Source of the DNA: Promethearchaeota archaeon
GTDB taxonomy: Archaea; Asgardarchaeota; Lokiarchaeia; Sigyniarchaeales; SOKP01
Length of the DNA stretch: 64,000 bases
Direction: 5' to 3'
Assembly (NCBI GenBank): GCA_048937405.1
Contig: JBHLNF010000005.1
Coordinates: forward strand, 1 to 64,000
In this document: in pieces, positions 49,538 through 60,012 of the stretch
How positions within the stretch are numbered: the stretch's first letter is position 1
How the letters are laid out: each line of letters starts with the position of its first letter
Program-made: the position numbers and the translations under genes
Notes under the pieces: model-generated
The model's database searches: none
What the model was told of the DNA's origin: nothing
What the model saw: the letters and a program-made list of their open reading frames with translations, nothing else

Positions 49538-51583
49538 TTATTTTTCATTTAAATTTTTTAAAAAATTAACTATAACATTATCTAATAGTTTGTCTTCTGC
49601 TATAAATGGAAGTGTTAAATGACCTCTGTTTTCATTTTCAACATTCCAATTATAAGCTGTTTCAAATGCATTGGGATTTCTAGCCCAACTCCTTCTAGCA
49701 ATACCACCCATTACATCCCATTCTAAAGCATTTTTGATAATATTATCAACTTTTTCTGTCCCATCCAATACTAGACCGAATCCTCCATTAAAGCACTTTC
49801 CAATACCAACTCCACCTCCATTTGAAAGAACTACATAAGTCATTCCTCGAATTGAGTTTCCTACAAAACAATGAATTGCCATTTCTGCCATTACATTACT
49901 TCCATCTCTGATATTTGATGTTTCTCTAAAAGGAGAATCTGTTCCAGAAACATCATGATGATCTCTCCCTAGCATTATTGGTCCAATTTCTCCTTTTCTT
50001 ATCAAATTATTAAATTTGAGAGCAATATCAATACGTTCTTTAGCATCAGCATATAAAATTCTCGCTTTAGTACCAATAACTAGTTTATTGTTTTTAGCAT
50101 TTTTTATCCAAAAATAATTATCTCTATCTTGTGCTCTTCTTTCTGGGTTTATACTACTCATAGCGGCTTGATCAGTTATATCTAAGTCTTCTTCTTTTCC
50201 TGAAAGACAAACCCATCTAAAAGGTCCAAATCCATAATCAAAGCAAATTGGACCCATTATATCTTCCACATATGACGGAAAAATAAAGCCTTCTGAAGTA
50301 TCTACACCATTTTTTGTAATGTTTTTCGCTCCAGCATCGAATACAGCTTTTAAAAAGGAATTTCCATAATCCCAGAAATATGTACCTCTTTCCTTCATTA
50401 TTTTAATAAGTCTAAATTGTTCCTTTAAAGAAATATCTACAAGTTCTTTGAACTGATTTAAATTATTCTTGATTAATTCTCTTCCTTCATTAAAACTTAT
50501 TTGAAAAGGAGTGTAACCTCCATTATAAACGGCATGACAGGAAGTTTGATCTGAGGATAATTCTACTTTTATATTGTTTTCGACAACATATTTCCATAAA
50601 TTAACAACATTTCCATGGTATGCTATTGATAGAGGTCTTTCCGATTTTCTTGCATCATCAACCCATTTAAATATCTCTTCTAAATCGTCAGAAATTCGAG
50701 ATAACCATCCTTGATCATATCTAGTTTTGATTCTAGATTCATCCACTTCTGCGATAACACCAATCCCACCAGCAATTTCTATTGCTTTAGCTTGAGCTCC
50801 GCTCATTCCGCCTAGACCTGAAGAGAGATATAAGATTCCTCTTAAATCTTTATCATAAGGAATATTTAGATATAATCTACCCGTATTTAATAACGTAATA
50901 TATGTACCATGAACAATCCCTTGAGGTCCAATATACATCCATCCTCCAGCAGTCATTTGTCCATAATTGGCAACTCCTAGAGCTGCTGCGAGATTAAAAT
51001 CATCTTGATTATCAAACATTCCTACCATTAAACCATTTGTAGAAATTACCCTTGGAGCCATTATTGAGGTTGGGAATAATCCCACTGGATGTCCAGAAGC
51101 AATTACTAAAGTCTGTTTTTCTGTCATTTTTTCAAGATACATCTTTACTAAGCGATATTGCATCCAATTTTGAAACACTTGACCAGTTTCACCATATGTT
51201 GTCAACTCATAAGGATAGAGAGCTACATTAAAATCAAGATTATTATCAATCATTACTTGCAGGGCTTTTCCCTCCAATGTATTTCCAAAGTATTCTTCAA
51301 TAGGTTTTGCTTTAATATTTCCTTCCGGTCTATATCGATATCCATAAATTCTTCCCCTTGTAACTAATTCTTCTAAGAATTCTGGAGCTAATTTTTCATG
51401 TAATGATGGATGGATGTATCTCAAACAGTTTTTTAAGGCTAATTTCGTCTGATTAGGATTAAGAAAATAACCTCTTGATGGAGCTCTTCTTATACCGTCG
51501 ACAAATTTAGGGTATTGTGGTACTTCTTCGGGTAATTTAATCTTCAAAGCCTTTGAAATATTCATAGTTAATTCTAACCCCAT
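49538..51583 (-). CDS. hutU: Urocanate hydratase (long ~680 aa form)
   Basis: NNLD, YGQMTAG, YIGPQGIVHGT, GLGGMSGAQ, DQTSCH, GFGPFRW, GRDHHD, NGGGVGIG. Confidence 0.97.
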   Translation of the reverse strand: MGLELTMNISKALKIKLPEEVPQYPKFVDGIRRAPSRGYFLNPNQTKLALKNCLRYIHPSLHEKLAPEFLEELVTRGRIYGYRYRPEGNIKAKPIEEYFGNTLEGKALQVMIDNNLDFNVALYPYELTTYGETGQVFQNWMQYRLVKMYLEKMTEKQTLVIASGHPVGLFPTSIMAPRVISTNGLMVGMFDNQDDFNLAAALGVANYGQMTAGGWMYIGPQGIVHGTYITLLNTGRLYLNIPYDKDLRGILYLSSGLGGMSGAQAKAIEIAGGIGVIAEVDESRIKTRYDQGWLSRISDDLEEIFKWVDDARKSERPLSIAYHGNVVNLWKYVVENNIKVELSSDQTSCHAVYNGGYTPFQISFNEGRELIKNNLNQFKELVDISLKEQFRLIKIMKERGTYFWDYGNSFLKAVFDAGAKNITKNGVDTSEGFIFPSYVEDIMGPICFDYGFGPFRWVCLSGKEEDLDITDQAAMSSINPERRAQDRDNYFWIKNAKNNKLVIGTKARILYADAKERIDIALKFNNLIRKGEIGPIMLGRDHHDVSGTDSPFRETSNIRDGSNVMAEMAIHCFVGNSIRGMTYVVLSNGGGVGIGKCFNGGFGLVLDGTEKVDNIIKNALEWDVMGGIARRSWARNPNAFETAYNWNVENENRGHLTLPFIAEDKLLDNVIVNFLKNLNEK

Positions 51584-51667
51584 TTACTATTTAAATTATA
51601 TTATAACAAATAATAGAGAAATAATTACGAATATTTTTATTTTCTCAATAAAAAAAATAGTTAAGTA

Positions 51668-53401
51668 TTATTTTAAGATTTTAATCCCCTTAACTTCCAA
51701 TTTATGTAAAAAATCAAGATAACCTTTAAGATTATTTTTCTCAATATTAAGATATTTAAGAGATGGCAGGAATTCAAGTGTTAAGGGTAATTCACTTAAA
51801 TAATTTGTTCTTAAAAATAAATATTTTAAAGATTTCACATAACCAATAGATTCAGGAAGTTTGGATAACTTATTGTTTCCTAAATATAGATATTTTAATG
51901 ATTGTAAGGATCCTATAGTCTCAGGTAATTCTTTTAACTCATTATAGTAAAGATATAAATGTTTAATAGAAGTTAGAGCTCCTATAGATTGAGGTAGTTC
52001 TTTTAAGTAATTTTTACCTAAATCAAGTATTTCTAAAGTTGTTAAAAATCCCATAGATTTAGGAATAGTTTCTAAACGGTTGAACCCTAAGATTAAAGTT
52101 TTTATTAAAGGAAGTTTCCCAATTGATTCAGGGATACTTATCAAATGGTTAGTAGATATATCTAATTCTATTAGTGAGTTCAATAATCCTATAGACTCTG
52201 GAATTTTTTTTAATTGATTCTTACTTAAATCTAAAATCTCAAGCGAAGGGAGTCTTCCAATTGAATCTGGTAATTTAATTAATTTATTATCATATAAATT
52301 TAATTCTTTTAAGGTTTTTAAAGAACTTATTGATTCAGGAAGTACTTCAATATTATTCATTTCAAGATTTAATATTTCAATATTAATAAGATCTCCTATA
52401 GAATCTGGAAGATCCATTAAATTGTTATGATCACATCTTAAAAATCTAAGATTAGAAAGCTTACCTATAGATAATGGGAGGGAAATTAATTCATTATTTG
52501 AAAGTTCTAATCGAAGCAATGAGTTTAAGTTTCCAATTGATTCGGGAATCCTTTTTAATTTATTTGAAGATAGGCTTAAACTTTCTAAAGAATATAATGA
52601 TCCAATTGACTCTGGAAGACTTTTTAACATATTTGATGTCAAACCTAGATAGATAAGGTTACCTAATTCTCCAATAGTATTTGGTAATTTTACAATTTTA
52701 TTTCCTTTTAAGAATAATGAAGTCAGAAATGGTAATTTGCCTATAGTATCTGGTAATTCAGTTAAATTATTATTTCGTAAGTTTAATCTTTTTAGTGAAG
52801 ACAGATTTTGAATTGTTCTAGGAAGCTCTTGTAATTGATTATTTCCTAAATATAATAATTCTAAAGATTCTAATTGCCCTATTGATTCAGGTAATGCATT
52901 AATACTATTTCTACTTAAATCCAAAGTCTTTAATTTATTCATTTTACCTAGTGTAGATGGAATAATCTCTAATTCATTTTCACTTAGATCTAACAATTCT
53001 AGATTTGATAGATCCCCCAATGATTCTGGTAAATTTATTAGATGATTCGATTCCAAATGCAATTCTCTTAATTGATTAAGAGAACTAATCGTCTTAGGTA
53101 GACTAGCTAAATCATTCTCACTTAGATCTAAGATCTTTAGAGAAGAGAGAGAAAATAAATCATCTGAAACATCGATTAAATTATTACCTCTCAAATATAA
53201 ATGTTCAAGTGATGTAAATGCCTTTATTTCTTCTGGAATATCAGAAACTTTGCAAGAATATAAGCTTAAGCCAGTAATATGTTGATCTCGGAGAAAATAC
53301 CCAAATGAATAACGTTCTAATGGAGATATCTCTAATAACGATTCTCCAATCTGTTCTTCAATAACTTTTAATGCATTTTGCTGTTCTTCTAAAATTGTCA
53401 T
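51668..53401 (-). CDS. Leucine-rich repeat protein (~22-23 repeats of 23 aa)
   Basis: Consensus LxxLxLxxNxLxxLPESIGxL repeated through nearly the whole protein. Confidence 0.95.
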   Translation of the reverse strand: MTILEEQQNALKVIEEQIGESLLEISPLERYSFGYFLRDQHITGLSLYSCKVSDIPEEIKAFTSLEHLYLRGNNLIDVSDDLFSLSSLKILDLSENDLASLPKTISSLNQLRELHLESNHLINLPESLGDLSNLELLDLSENELEIIPSTLGKMNKLKTLDLSRNSINALPESIGQLESLELLYLGNNQLQELPRTIQNLSSLKRLNLRNNNLTELPDTIGKLPFLTSLFLKGNKIVKLPNTIGELGNLIYLGLTSNMLKSLPESIGSLYSLESLSLSSNKLKRIPESIGNLNSLLRLELSNNELISLPLSIGKLSNLRFLRCDHNNLMDLPDSIGDLINIEILNLEMNNIEVLPESISSLKTLKELNLYDNKLIKLPDSIGRLPSLEILDLSKNQLKKIPESIGLLNSLIELDISTNHLISIPESIGKLPLIKTLILGFNRLETIPKSMGFLTTLEILDLGKNYLKELPQSIGALTSIKHLYLYYNELKELPETIGSLQSLKYLYLGNNKLSKLPESIGYVKSLKYLFLRTNYLSELPLTLEFLPSLKYLNIEKNNLKGYLDFLHKLEVKGIKILK

Positions 53402-53595
53402 TTTTTTACTGTTTTTACTTAATAGTAATTTAGAAGAAAAATTAGTGATACTTTAAAAAATAATATAATGTGCTCATATTTATGTTTATTATTTTAGAAA
53501 TCTATGATAATTCAAATAATTTTTATAAAGTTAGATGAAAATATCATTAAGAGATTCAATTTGAGAATCACTTCTTTTACTTAATAACTATAAGA

Positions 53596-53615
53596 AAAAT
53601 ATCTATAGATATTTT
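53596..53615. promoter_or_regulatory. Perfect 20-bp palindrome, candidate operator
   Basis: AAAATATCTATAGATATTTT about 195 nt upstream of the LRR gene. Confidence 0.3.
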
Positions 53616-53787
53616 CTTTAAAATAACTTCTAAATACCATAATACAATTAAGATCATAATAAAATTAGAAATTTTTAGTAGATCAAAAAAAAGTTAAAAT
53701 ACTTAATTAGAAAATATTTTTTTATGATTTTATAAAATCTATCTTCAACATTCTTTTTAACTTGATATTCTTCTTATGAAAAAAAGC

Positions 53788-54417
53788 CTACTTTTTTCTA
53801 TATAGTAGCCCATTCTTAAATATAAAATTTGATTTAGAAGTGTTAATCTCCCTATTTTTTCTATTGAGTTGAAAGAGATATACATTAATTTCTTCTATAC
53901 TGTTTTTAATAGATAATTCAATACAAGAAGGAATACCCGTTGCAATAAATGACCACGCACCTGTGATACTTCCTGGATTGATTAATAAGACGCCTTTTCC
54001 TGATAAAAATACTTCTTCTTTATGTGTATGTCCTGAAACTAAAATGTTGCATTTTCTTTCAATTGCAAGAGTCTCTAATTGATCATGATCTCCTCGGGGT
54101 TTAATTTGTGCTCCATGTATTAAACCTATTCTTATCTTTACTCTGTTTTCTAGTTCAATATCTAATTTTTGAAAAGTAGGCAAATCTCGATAACCATAGT
54201 AATAATCCATATTTCCAATGACTCTAAATAAATTTCCCTTTGTTTTTAGATCCAAAAAAGTAAGTAGTTCTGGAAAATTTATTAAATCTCCAGTAAAAAA
54301 AATTTCATCATATAGTTCATTTTGGGTCAATTCATCTATTTTTTCATACATTTGTTCAGGTAGATCCGTTGCTCGTTTAGGGATATGAGAATCACCTATG
54401 CACAGTATCCGAACCAT
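53788..54417 (-). CDS. Vps29-like metallophosphoesterase-fold protein
   Basis: IGDSHIPKRATDLP, IGNMD, IGLIHGAQIKPRGD, ILVSGHTHK, INPGSITGAWS closely follow the Vps29 pattern. Confidence 0.8.
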   Translation of the reverse strand: MVRILCIGDSHIPKRATDLPEQMYEKIDELTQNELYDEIFFTGDLINFPELLTFLDLKTKGNLFRVIGNMDYYYGYRDLPTFQKLDIELENRVKIRIGLIHGAQIKPRGDHDQLETLAIERKCNILVSGHTHKEEVFLSGKGVLLINPGSITGAWSFIATGIPSCIELSIKNSIEEINVYLFQLNRKNREINTSKSNFIFKNGLLYRKK

Positions 54418-54426
54418 AATACAAAT

Positions 54427-55905
54427 TTAATTATAATTTTTATTTTTAGAATCTTGAACTAAAATTTTGAAATTTTTTATCATTTCTTCTATAGTTGGAA
54501 ATGTAGGGATATTATTTTGTGCCATATATTTAGTTACTTCTTGAACTGCCTTAACTTCTCCAATTAGCCAAAAGAATACAGGTTTTGAACCATCATTGAT
54601 AGTTTTAACGAATTTTTTATAATCAGGAAGCCCTCCAAAACGTCTTGCGCAAAACAACATGTTTAACATACCCTCTACTTTCTTATCATTTAATAAAAGC
54701 TCAAATACTATATTTATAATTTCATCTCGGTTATTATTCTTCGTCATAGCTTTTTCCATTGCTGGCCAAAAATCAATAAGAGCAAATCGATTAGGAGGCA
54801 TCCATTCTGGATATAGATCTACTAATATTTCATATTCCTTATCATTAAAATTAGGGAACTTCAAACCATACTGTGCAGTAATATCTGCAACAACCGTGCC
54901 TGCACCCCCCGATCCTGTAACTAGAGAAACGTTTCCTTGTTTTGGCATAACTTTATTTTCATTGTACATCATTGAAAATGTTCGGGCAAACTGAAATAGC
55001 TCATCAAAATCTTTCGCTTGAATTACTCCAGATTGGGCTATAATCGCGTTAATTAATTTTGAATTTTCAGCTATTGCTCCTGTATGGCTTAAAGTAGCTT
55101 TTTGACCTTGTGAGGTAATTCCACCTTTCACGAGAATAATAGTCTTATTTGGTATTTTTCTCACTTTTTTACATAAATTGATAAATTTTCTCGGATCCTT
55201 GAAAGATTCAAGATATACAGCAATGACATTAACAGTATTATCTTCTATAAAGTATTCTAAAAAGTCAGTTTCATTTAAATCCATCTTATTACCAATTGAA
55301 CAGGAATATCTAATTCCTAACTCGGGGTATTTTTCCATTATATACATCAAATATCCACCATTCAGCATTCCAGATTGACTGATTATGGCGATATTTCCTC
55401 TTTTGTAAGTAGAAAAGACACCAAAGCTTGTAAACAACCCTCCCCGTTCATTGTCTTCCGCATCACTATCTCCATCAATTCGAGTAAGACCCATGCAATT
55501 TGGCCCCATTATCCTTATTTTTGAAAAATTGTCTGTGATTTTTAAAATCTGCTCTTTTATCTCAAGACCTTTCTCACCAACTTCTTCAAAGCCAGAAGCT
55601 TCGATCATTGCACCTCGAATCTTTTTCTGAATACATTCTTCCAATAGTTGTGGAATTCTATGATTTGGAACATAAAAAATTGCTAAATCTATTTCCTCTT
55701 CAACATCCAAAACTGAAGTATTGAATTTCAATCCCAATAATTCTCCATCTGAGTTTGGATTGATAGGATAAATTGTTCCTTTATAGTTATTATTAACAAG
55801 GTTATATACAATTCGATGTCCTCCCTTCATTGGGTTCTTGGATGCTCCAATTACAGCTACGGATTTTGGATTTAAAAAAATATCAACTGTTTTATTATTT
55901 GACAC
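54427..55905 (-). CDS. ADP-forming acyl-CoA synthetase alpha subunit
   Basis: PKSVAVIGAS, YPINP, GPNCMG, SQSG, SIGNKMD, phospho-His SHTG, TGSGGAG. Confidence 0.9.
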   Translation of the reverse strand: MSNNKTVDIFLNPKSVAVIGASKNPMKGGHRIVYNLVNNNYKGTIYPINPNSDGELLGLKFNTSVLDVEEEIDLAIFYVPNHRIPQLLEECIQKKIRGAMIEASGFEEVGEKGLEIKEQILKITDNFSKIRIMGPNCMGLTRIDGDSDAEDNERGGLFTSFGVFSTYKRGNIAIISQSGMLNGGYLMYIMEKYPELGIRYSCSIGNKMDLNETDFLEYFIEDNTVNVIAVYLESFKDPRKFINLCKKVRKIPNKTIILVKGGITSQGQKATLSHTGAIAENSKLINAIIAQSGVIQAKDFDELFQFARTFSMMYNENKVMPKQGNVSLVTGSGGAGTVVADITAQYGLKFPNFNDKEYEILVDLYPEWMPPNRFALIDFWPAMEKAMTKNNNRDEIINIVFELLLNDKKVEGMLNMLFCARRFGGLPDYKKFVKTINDGSKPVFFWLIGEVKAVQEVTKYMAQNNIPTFPTIEEMIKNFKILVQDSKNKNYN

Positions 55906-55934
55906 GTTTTTAACAACTATTCAATTTCTTTCTT

Positions 55935-57056
55935 TTATTTTTCATTTGTTTTATATTTATTATATGCATTTTGAACAAATTGATACATTTTTTTGGCACG
56001 AACATCATTTTTAAAATGTTCTATTACAGGTTCTAAAAACTGGTTAACATATTTAGCGACAGCTGGTTTTAAATCTGGTGGATTAAGCTTTCCTTCTGAA
56101 TATTCTTTTTCTAAGTCTTTATAGGAATTATATATTATATCTCCACCATATTTTTCAGGACGTCGAATTTCAAAAACATCAATTAGTTCAAATATGATAT
56201 ATTTACAGTATTCTAAAATAGGATTTTCTTTTATCTGTTTAGGAGGACAATATGCTTTATTTATCTTGCGTCTTACATCCTCAGGAGAATCTAACATAAA
56301 TATTGATGAATCCGGATCAGATTTTGACATCTTAATATCTATTGTTCTATCAATACCAGATAAATCTGTAGAGGGCGTTTTTAAACCCATTAACATGTGA
56401 TGGTGAATTGCTATTGGTTTTATTTTATCTAGCTTCTTAGCAACTTCTCTCGCTAACATATTTACTTTTCTTTGATCCATTCCTAATTGGCATATATCAG
56501 TTTGGAGATAGAAAATATCAGCAGCTTGCATTAGGGGATATAATATTTGTGAAGCATACAATTTATCTGATTCACTTCTACCCATTATTTGTGTGCACCT
56601 TTTAATTCGTTTTAAAGTTGTTTGTATGCCAATTTTTAGTACTAATTCCCAATAATCAGGATTCTTTACTAAATCTGAAGCATAAAGAAACTCTATTTTA
56701 CTTAGATCCATACCACAAACCTTCCAAAGCTCAATGAAAAAGTCACCAACTTTTTTAATTACTTCTAAATCTCCATCAAACTTTTTGTTTGCAGCAGCAT
56801 GCCAATCTGCTACTAAAAATTTAAATCTAATTCCCGCTTGTGTTATTTTATTGACATTAATGGCCCTTAATAGTCCTTGAGCTATATGAATATTACCAGA
56901 AGGCTCAAATCCATCATATGCATAAATTTTTTTATTATGTTCTAATTTCCATTGAATCATATCTCTTAATTCTTCTAATTCAATAATCTCTTCTCCTACT
57001 TCTTTTAGTAATGCAATTCTTTCATCTAAAGTTAAAGCCATATTATCATCCATCAA
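55935..57056 (-). CDS. tyrS: Tyrosine--tRNA ligase (archaeal/eukaryotic type)
   Basis: YDGFEPSG, HIAQG, YPLMQAAD, GMDQRKV, KMSKS. Confidence 0.96.
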   Translation of the reverse strand: MMDDNMALTLDERIALLKEVGEEIIELEELRDMIQWKLEHNKKIYAYDGFEPSGNIHIAQGLLRAINVNKITQAGIRFKFLVADWHAAANKKFDGDLEVIKKVGDFFIELWKVCGMDLSKIEFLYASDLVKNPDYWELVLKIGIQTTLKRIKRCTQIMGRSESDKLYASQILYPLMQAADIFYLQTDICQLGMDQRKVNMLAREVAKKLDKIKPIAIHHHMLMGLKTPSTDLSGIDRTIDIKMSKSDPDSSIFMLDSPEDVRRKINKAYCPPKQIKENPILEYCKYIIFELIDVFEIRRPEKYGGDIIYNSYKDLEKEYSEGKLNPPDLKPAVAKYVNQFLEPVIEHFKNDVRAKKMYQFVQNAYNKYKTNEK

Positions 57057-57152
57057 ACAATATATAAACTAGTAAATAGTTGAATTGATAAAACTTTTAC
57101 GGAAAGGTTAAGTTTCAATATTTTTTGAAGTATTAAAAAAAATTATGTTAAT

Positions 57153-59846
57153 TTAAGCTTTTTTTTGTTCAATTGAAGCTTGAGCTGCTGCAATTCTAGC
57201 TACGGGGATTCTAAAAGGGGAACATGAAACATAATCTAATCCTATGGAATGAGCAAATTTGATTGAACTGGGTTCTCCTCCATGTTCTCCACAGATTCCA
57301 GTTTTTAGATCTGGTCTAGTTTTCTTACCAAGCTTGATAGCAAGTTTCATTAATTTTCCAACACCATCTTGATCAAGAATTTCAAAGGGATTATGTTCTA
57401 AAATTTCTTTATTTAAGTAGATTGGTAAAAATTTGCCTTCTGCGTCATCTCGGGAGAACCCAAATGTCATTTGAGTTAAATCATTGGTTCCAAAAGAAAA
57501 AAATTCAGCTTCTATAGCAATTTCATCAGCTGTTAAAGCGGCTCTTGGTATTTCTATCATTGTTCCGAATTTGTAATCTAAATCTACATTATAATTTTTT
57601 ATTGTCTCTAGAGCTACCTCCATCAGCTGGGTTTTAACTAATTGTAATTCAGATATCATTCCGACTAAAGGAATCATAACCTCTGGTATTACATCAATTC
57701 CTTGAAGTTTAAGTTCACAAGCGGCCTGAAATATTGCTTTTACTTGCATTTCATTTATTTCAGGCCAGACTATTCCTAAACGACAACCCCTAAGTCCCAT
57801 CATAGGATTCTCCTCAGAGAGTGACCTAATTAAAGAGATAACTTTACTTTTTTTCTTGATCTCTTTATCTAAAGGACTTGAATCTAATAATGATCTTGAT
57901 AATGCATTTGTCATTTTAAGCTCTTGACTTTCCAATAAAACAGTAGATAGTTCAGGTAAGAATTCATGTAGAGGTGGATCTAATAATCGAATTGTAACGG
58001 GTTTTCCTTGCATTATTTTAAAAATTTCATAAAAATCTTGTTTTTGCCATGGTAGGATTTTATTAAGGGCATCTTGGCGATCCTCTGTAGTTCGAGCCAT
58101 GATCATATTTTGGACTGTTGGTAGACGATCTTGTGCCATGAACATATGTTCTGTTCTGCAGAGTCCAATTCCCTGAGCACCGAATTCCAATGCTTTCTTG
58201 GCATCAACAGGTGTATCTGCATTAGCCCTAACACCCAATTTTTTTATATCATCAGCCATTTCTAATAGTTCTAGGAATTCACCTTTTATTTCGGGTTCGA
58301 CAAGAGGTACTTTTCCCTCAATAATACTTCCTGTTGACCCATCAATGGTTATCCAATCCCCTTCATTAATCACCATTTCAGCAACTCTAAATGCTCTATT
58401 TTCTTCATCTATTTCGATATCTTGGGCACCAACAACAGCTGGTTTACCCATACCTCTAGCTACAACTGCAGCATGCGAAGTTTTTCCACCAAATTGAGTT
58501 AATACTCCTGCTGCAGCATATAATCCATGAACATCTTCAGGTTTTGTTTGAGGTCTTACTAATATTATCTCTTTTTGTTCTTGATGTGCTAATGCTTCAG
58601 CTCTATCAGAATCAAAAACTGCAATCCCAGACACTGCTCCTGGAGACGCATTAATCCCATGTGCTAGAACATGAACTATTGAGTTTTCATCAATACTTTT
58701 GAACAATAATTTTGCCACTTTATTCGAATCAATACTCATTATCGCATCTTTTTTAGAAATAAATCCTTCTTTAACCATATCAACTGCGATTTTTACAGCA
58801 GCAGAAGGTGTTCTTTTCCCATTTCGTGTTTGTAAAATATTCAATTTTCCATCTTCAATAGTAAACTCAATATCTTGCATATCTCTATAGTGTGTTTCTA
58901 GTTTGTCCATTGTATTTAATAATTCTTTGTAAATTTTTGGAAACTCATCGGCCATTTCCTCTAATTTTTTAGGTGTTCTTATCCCTGCAACAACATCTTC
59001 TCCTTGGGCATTTGTTAAGTATTCACCAAATTTCTTGTTATCTCCGGTTGATGGATCTCTTGTAAATGCAACCCCTGTAGCAGAATTCCAACCTTTGTTT
59101 CCAAAAACCATCGCTTGAATATTCACAGCCGTACCAAAATCAGGTATATTATTGATTTTTCTATAAGTAATAGCTCTTCTGTTATTCCAAGATTTGAAAA
59201 CAGCTTCAATTGCTAAGAATAATTGTTGGAATGGATCTTGCGGGAAAGGGGAACCAATTTCTTTTTCATATAGAGCTTTATAGTCCGCTATTATTTTTTG
59301 TAAATCATTTACTCCTAAATCAGTATCTAGGGCATTTCTATCAATAGCTCTTTTATATTTATCTAATATCCTCTCAAATTTCTCATCACCAATCCCCATT
59401 ACCACATCTCCAAACATCTGAATAAATCTTCGAAAAGAGTCATAAGAAAAACGAGGATTTTCTGTTTGTTCGGCTAATCCCATTACACTTACGTCATTTA
59501 ATCCTAAATTCAATACAGTATCCATCATGCCAGGCATACTCATTGGTGCACCTGATCGAACAGAAACCAACAATGGATTTTTATTATCTCCAAATTTCTT
59601 TCCAGTAATTTTTTCTAATGTGTGTAAATGTTCTATAATTTTAGGTTTTAGGATCCCCATTATTTTTTCAGGATTACTAAAATAGAGTAAACATGCTTCA
59701 GTTGTTATAGTAAATCCTGGTGGAATAGTAAGTCCTAACTTAGTCATTTCAGCTAGATTTGCCCCTTTACCTCCAAGGAGATTCTTTAGATCCTTATTTC
59801 CTTCACTAAAATCATAAACAAATTTCTTATTTTCAGTGTTTGTCAT
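57153..59846 (-). CDS. ppdK: Pyruvate, phosphate dikinase
   Basis: LGGKGANL, SVRSGA, QGEDVVAG, GGKTSHAAVVAR, GLCRTEHM, GTNDLTQ, GICGEHGG. Confidence 0.98.
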   Translation of the reverse strand: MTNTENKKFVYDFSEGNKDLKNLLGGKGANLAEMTKLGLTIPPGFTITTEACLLYFSNPEKIMGILKPKIIEHLHTLEKITGKKFGDNKNPLLVSVRSGAPMSMPGMMDTVLNLGLNDVSVMGLAEQTENPRFSYDSFRRFIQMFGDVVMGIGDEKFERILDKYKRAIDRNALDTDLGVNDLQKIIADYKALYEKEIGSPFPQDPFQQLFLAIEAVFKSWNNRRAITYRKINNIPDFGTAVNIQAMVFGNKGWNSATGVAFTRDPSTGDNKKFGEYLTNAQGEDVVAGIRTPKKLEEMADEFPKIYKELLNTMDKLETHYRDMQDIEFTIEDGKLNILQTRNGKRTPSAAVKIAVDMVKEGFISKKDAIMSIDSNKVAKLLFKSIDENSIVHVLAHGINASPGAVSGIAVFDSDRAEALAHQEQKEIILVRPQTKPEDVHGLYAAAGVLTQFGGKTSHAAVVARGMGKPAVVGAQDIEIDEENRAFRVAEMVINEGDWITIDGSTGSIIEGKVPLVEPEIKGEFLELLEMADDIKKLGVRANADTPVDAKKALEFGAQGIGLCRTEHMFMAQDRLPTVQNMIMARTTEDRQDALNKILPWQKQDFYEIFKIMQGKPVTIRLLDPPLHEFLPELSTVLLESQELKMTNALSRSLLDSSPLDKEIKKKSKVISLIRSLSEENPMMGLRGCRLGIVWPEINEMQVKAIFQAACELKLQGIDVIPEVMIPLVGMISELQLVKTQLMEVALETIKNYNVDLDYKFGTMIEIPRAALTADEIAIEAEFFSFGTNDLTQMTFGFSRDDAEGKFLPIYLNKEILEHNPFEILDQDGVGKLMKLAIKLGKKTRPDLKTGICGEHGGEPSSIKFAHSIGLDYVSCSPFRIPVARIAAAQASIEQKKA

Positions 59847-60012
59847 TTTACTAAACCAATATCAGTCCAATCATCAAAATGTATTTAAATAAAAACAGCA
59901 CTTTTACTTTTTATATTTTATGGACATAGAATGTAAAAAGTATTTGAATGAAATAATTTCTTTTTTGAGATAAAATTTTCTGAAAATAAGATTTTAGGGT
60001 TGAAAAATTCAA

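Noticed and set aside
51668-53401. LRR DNA periodicity as a CRISPR array or DGR repeat
   Set aside because: It is degenerate 69-nt coding periodicity with no identical repeats or spacers, and no reverse transcriptase is present.
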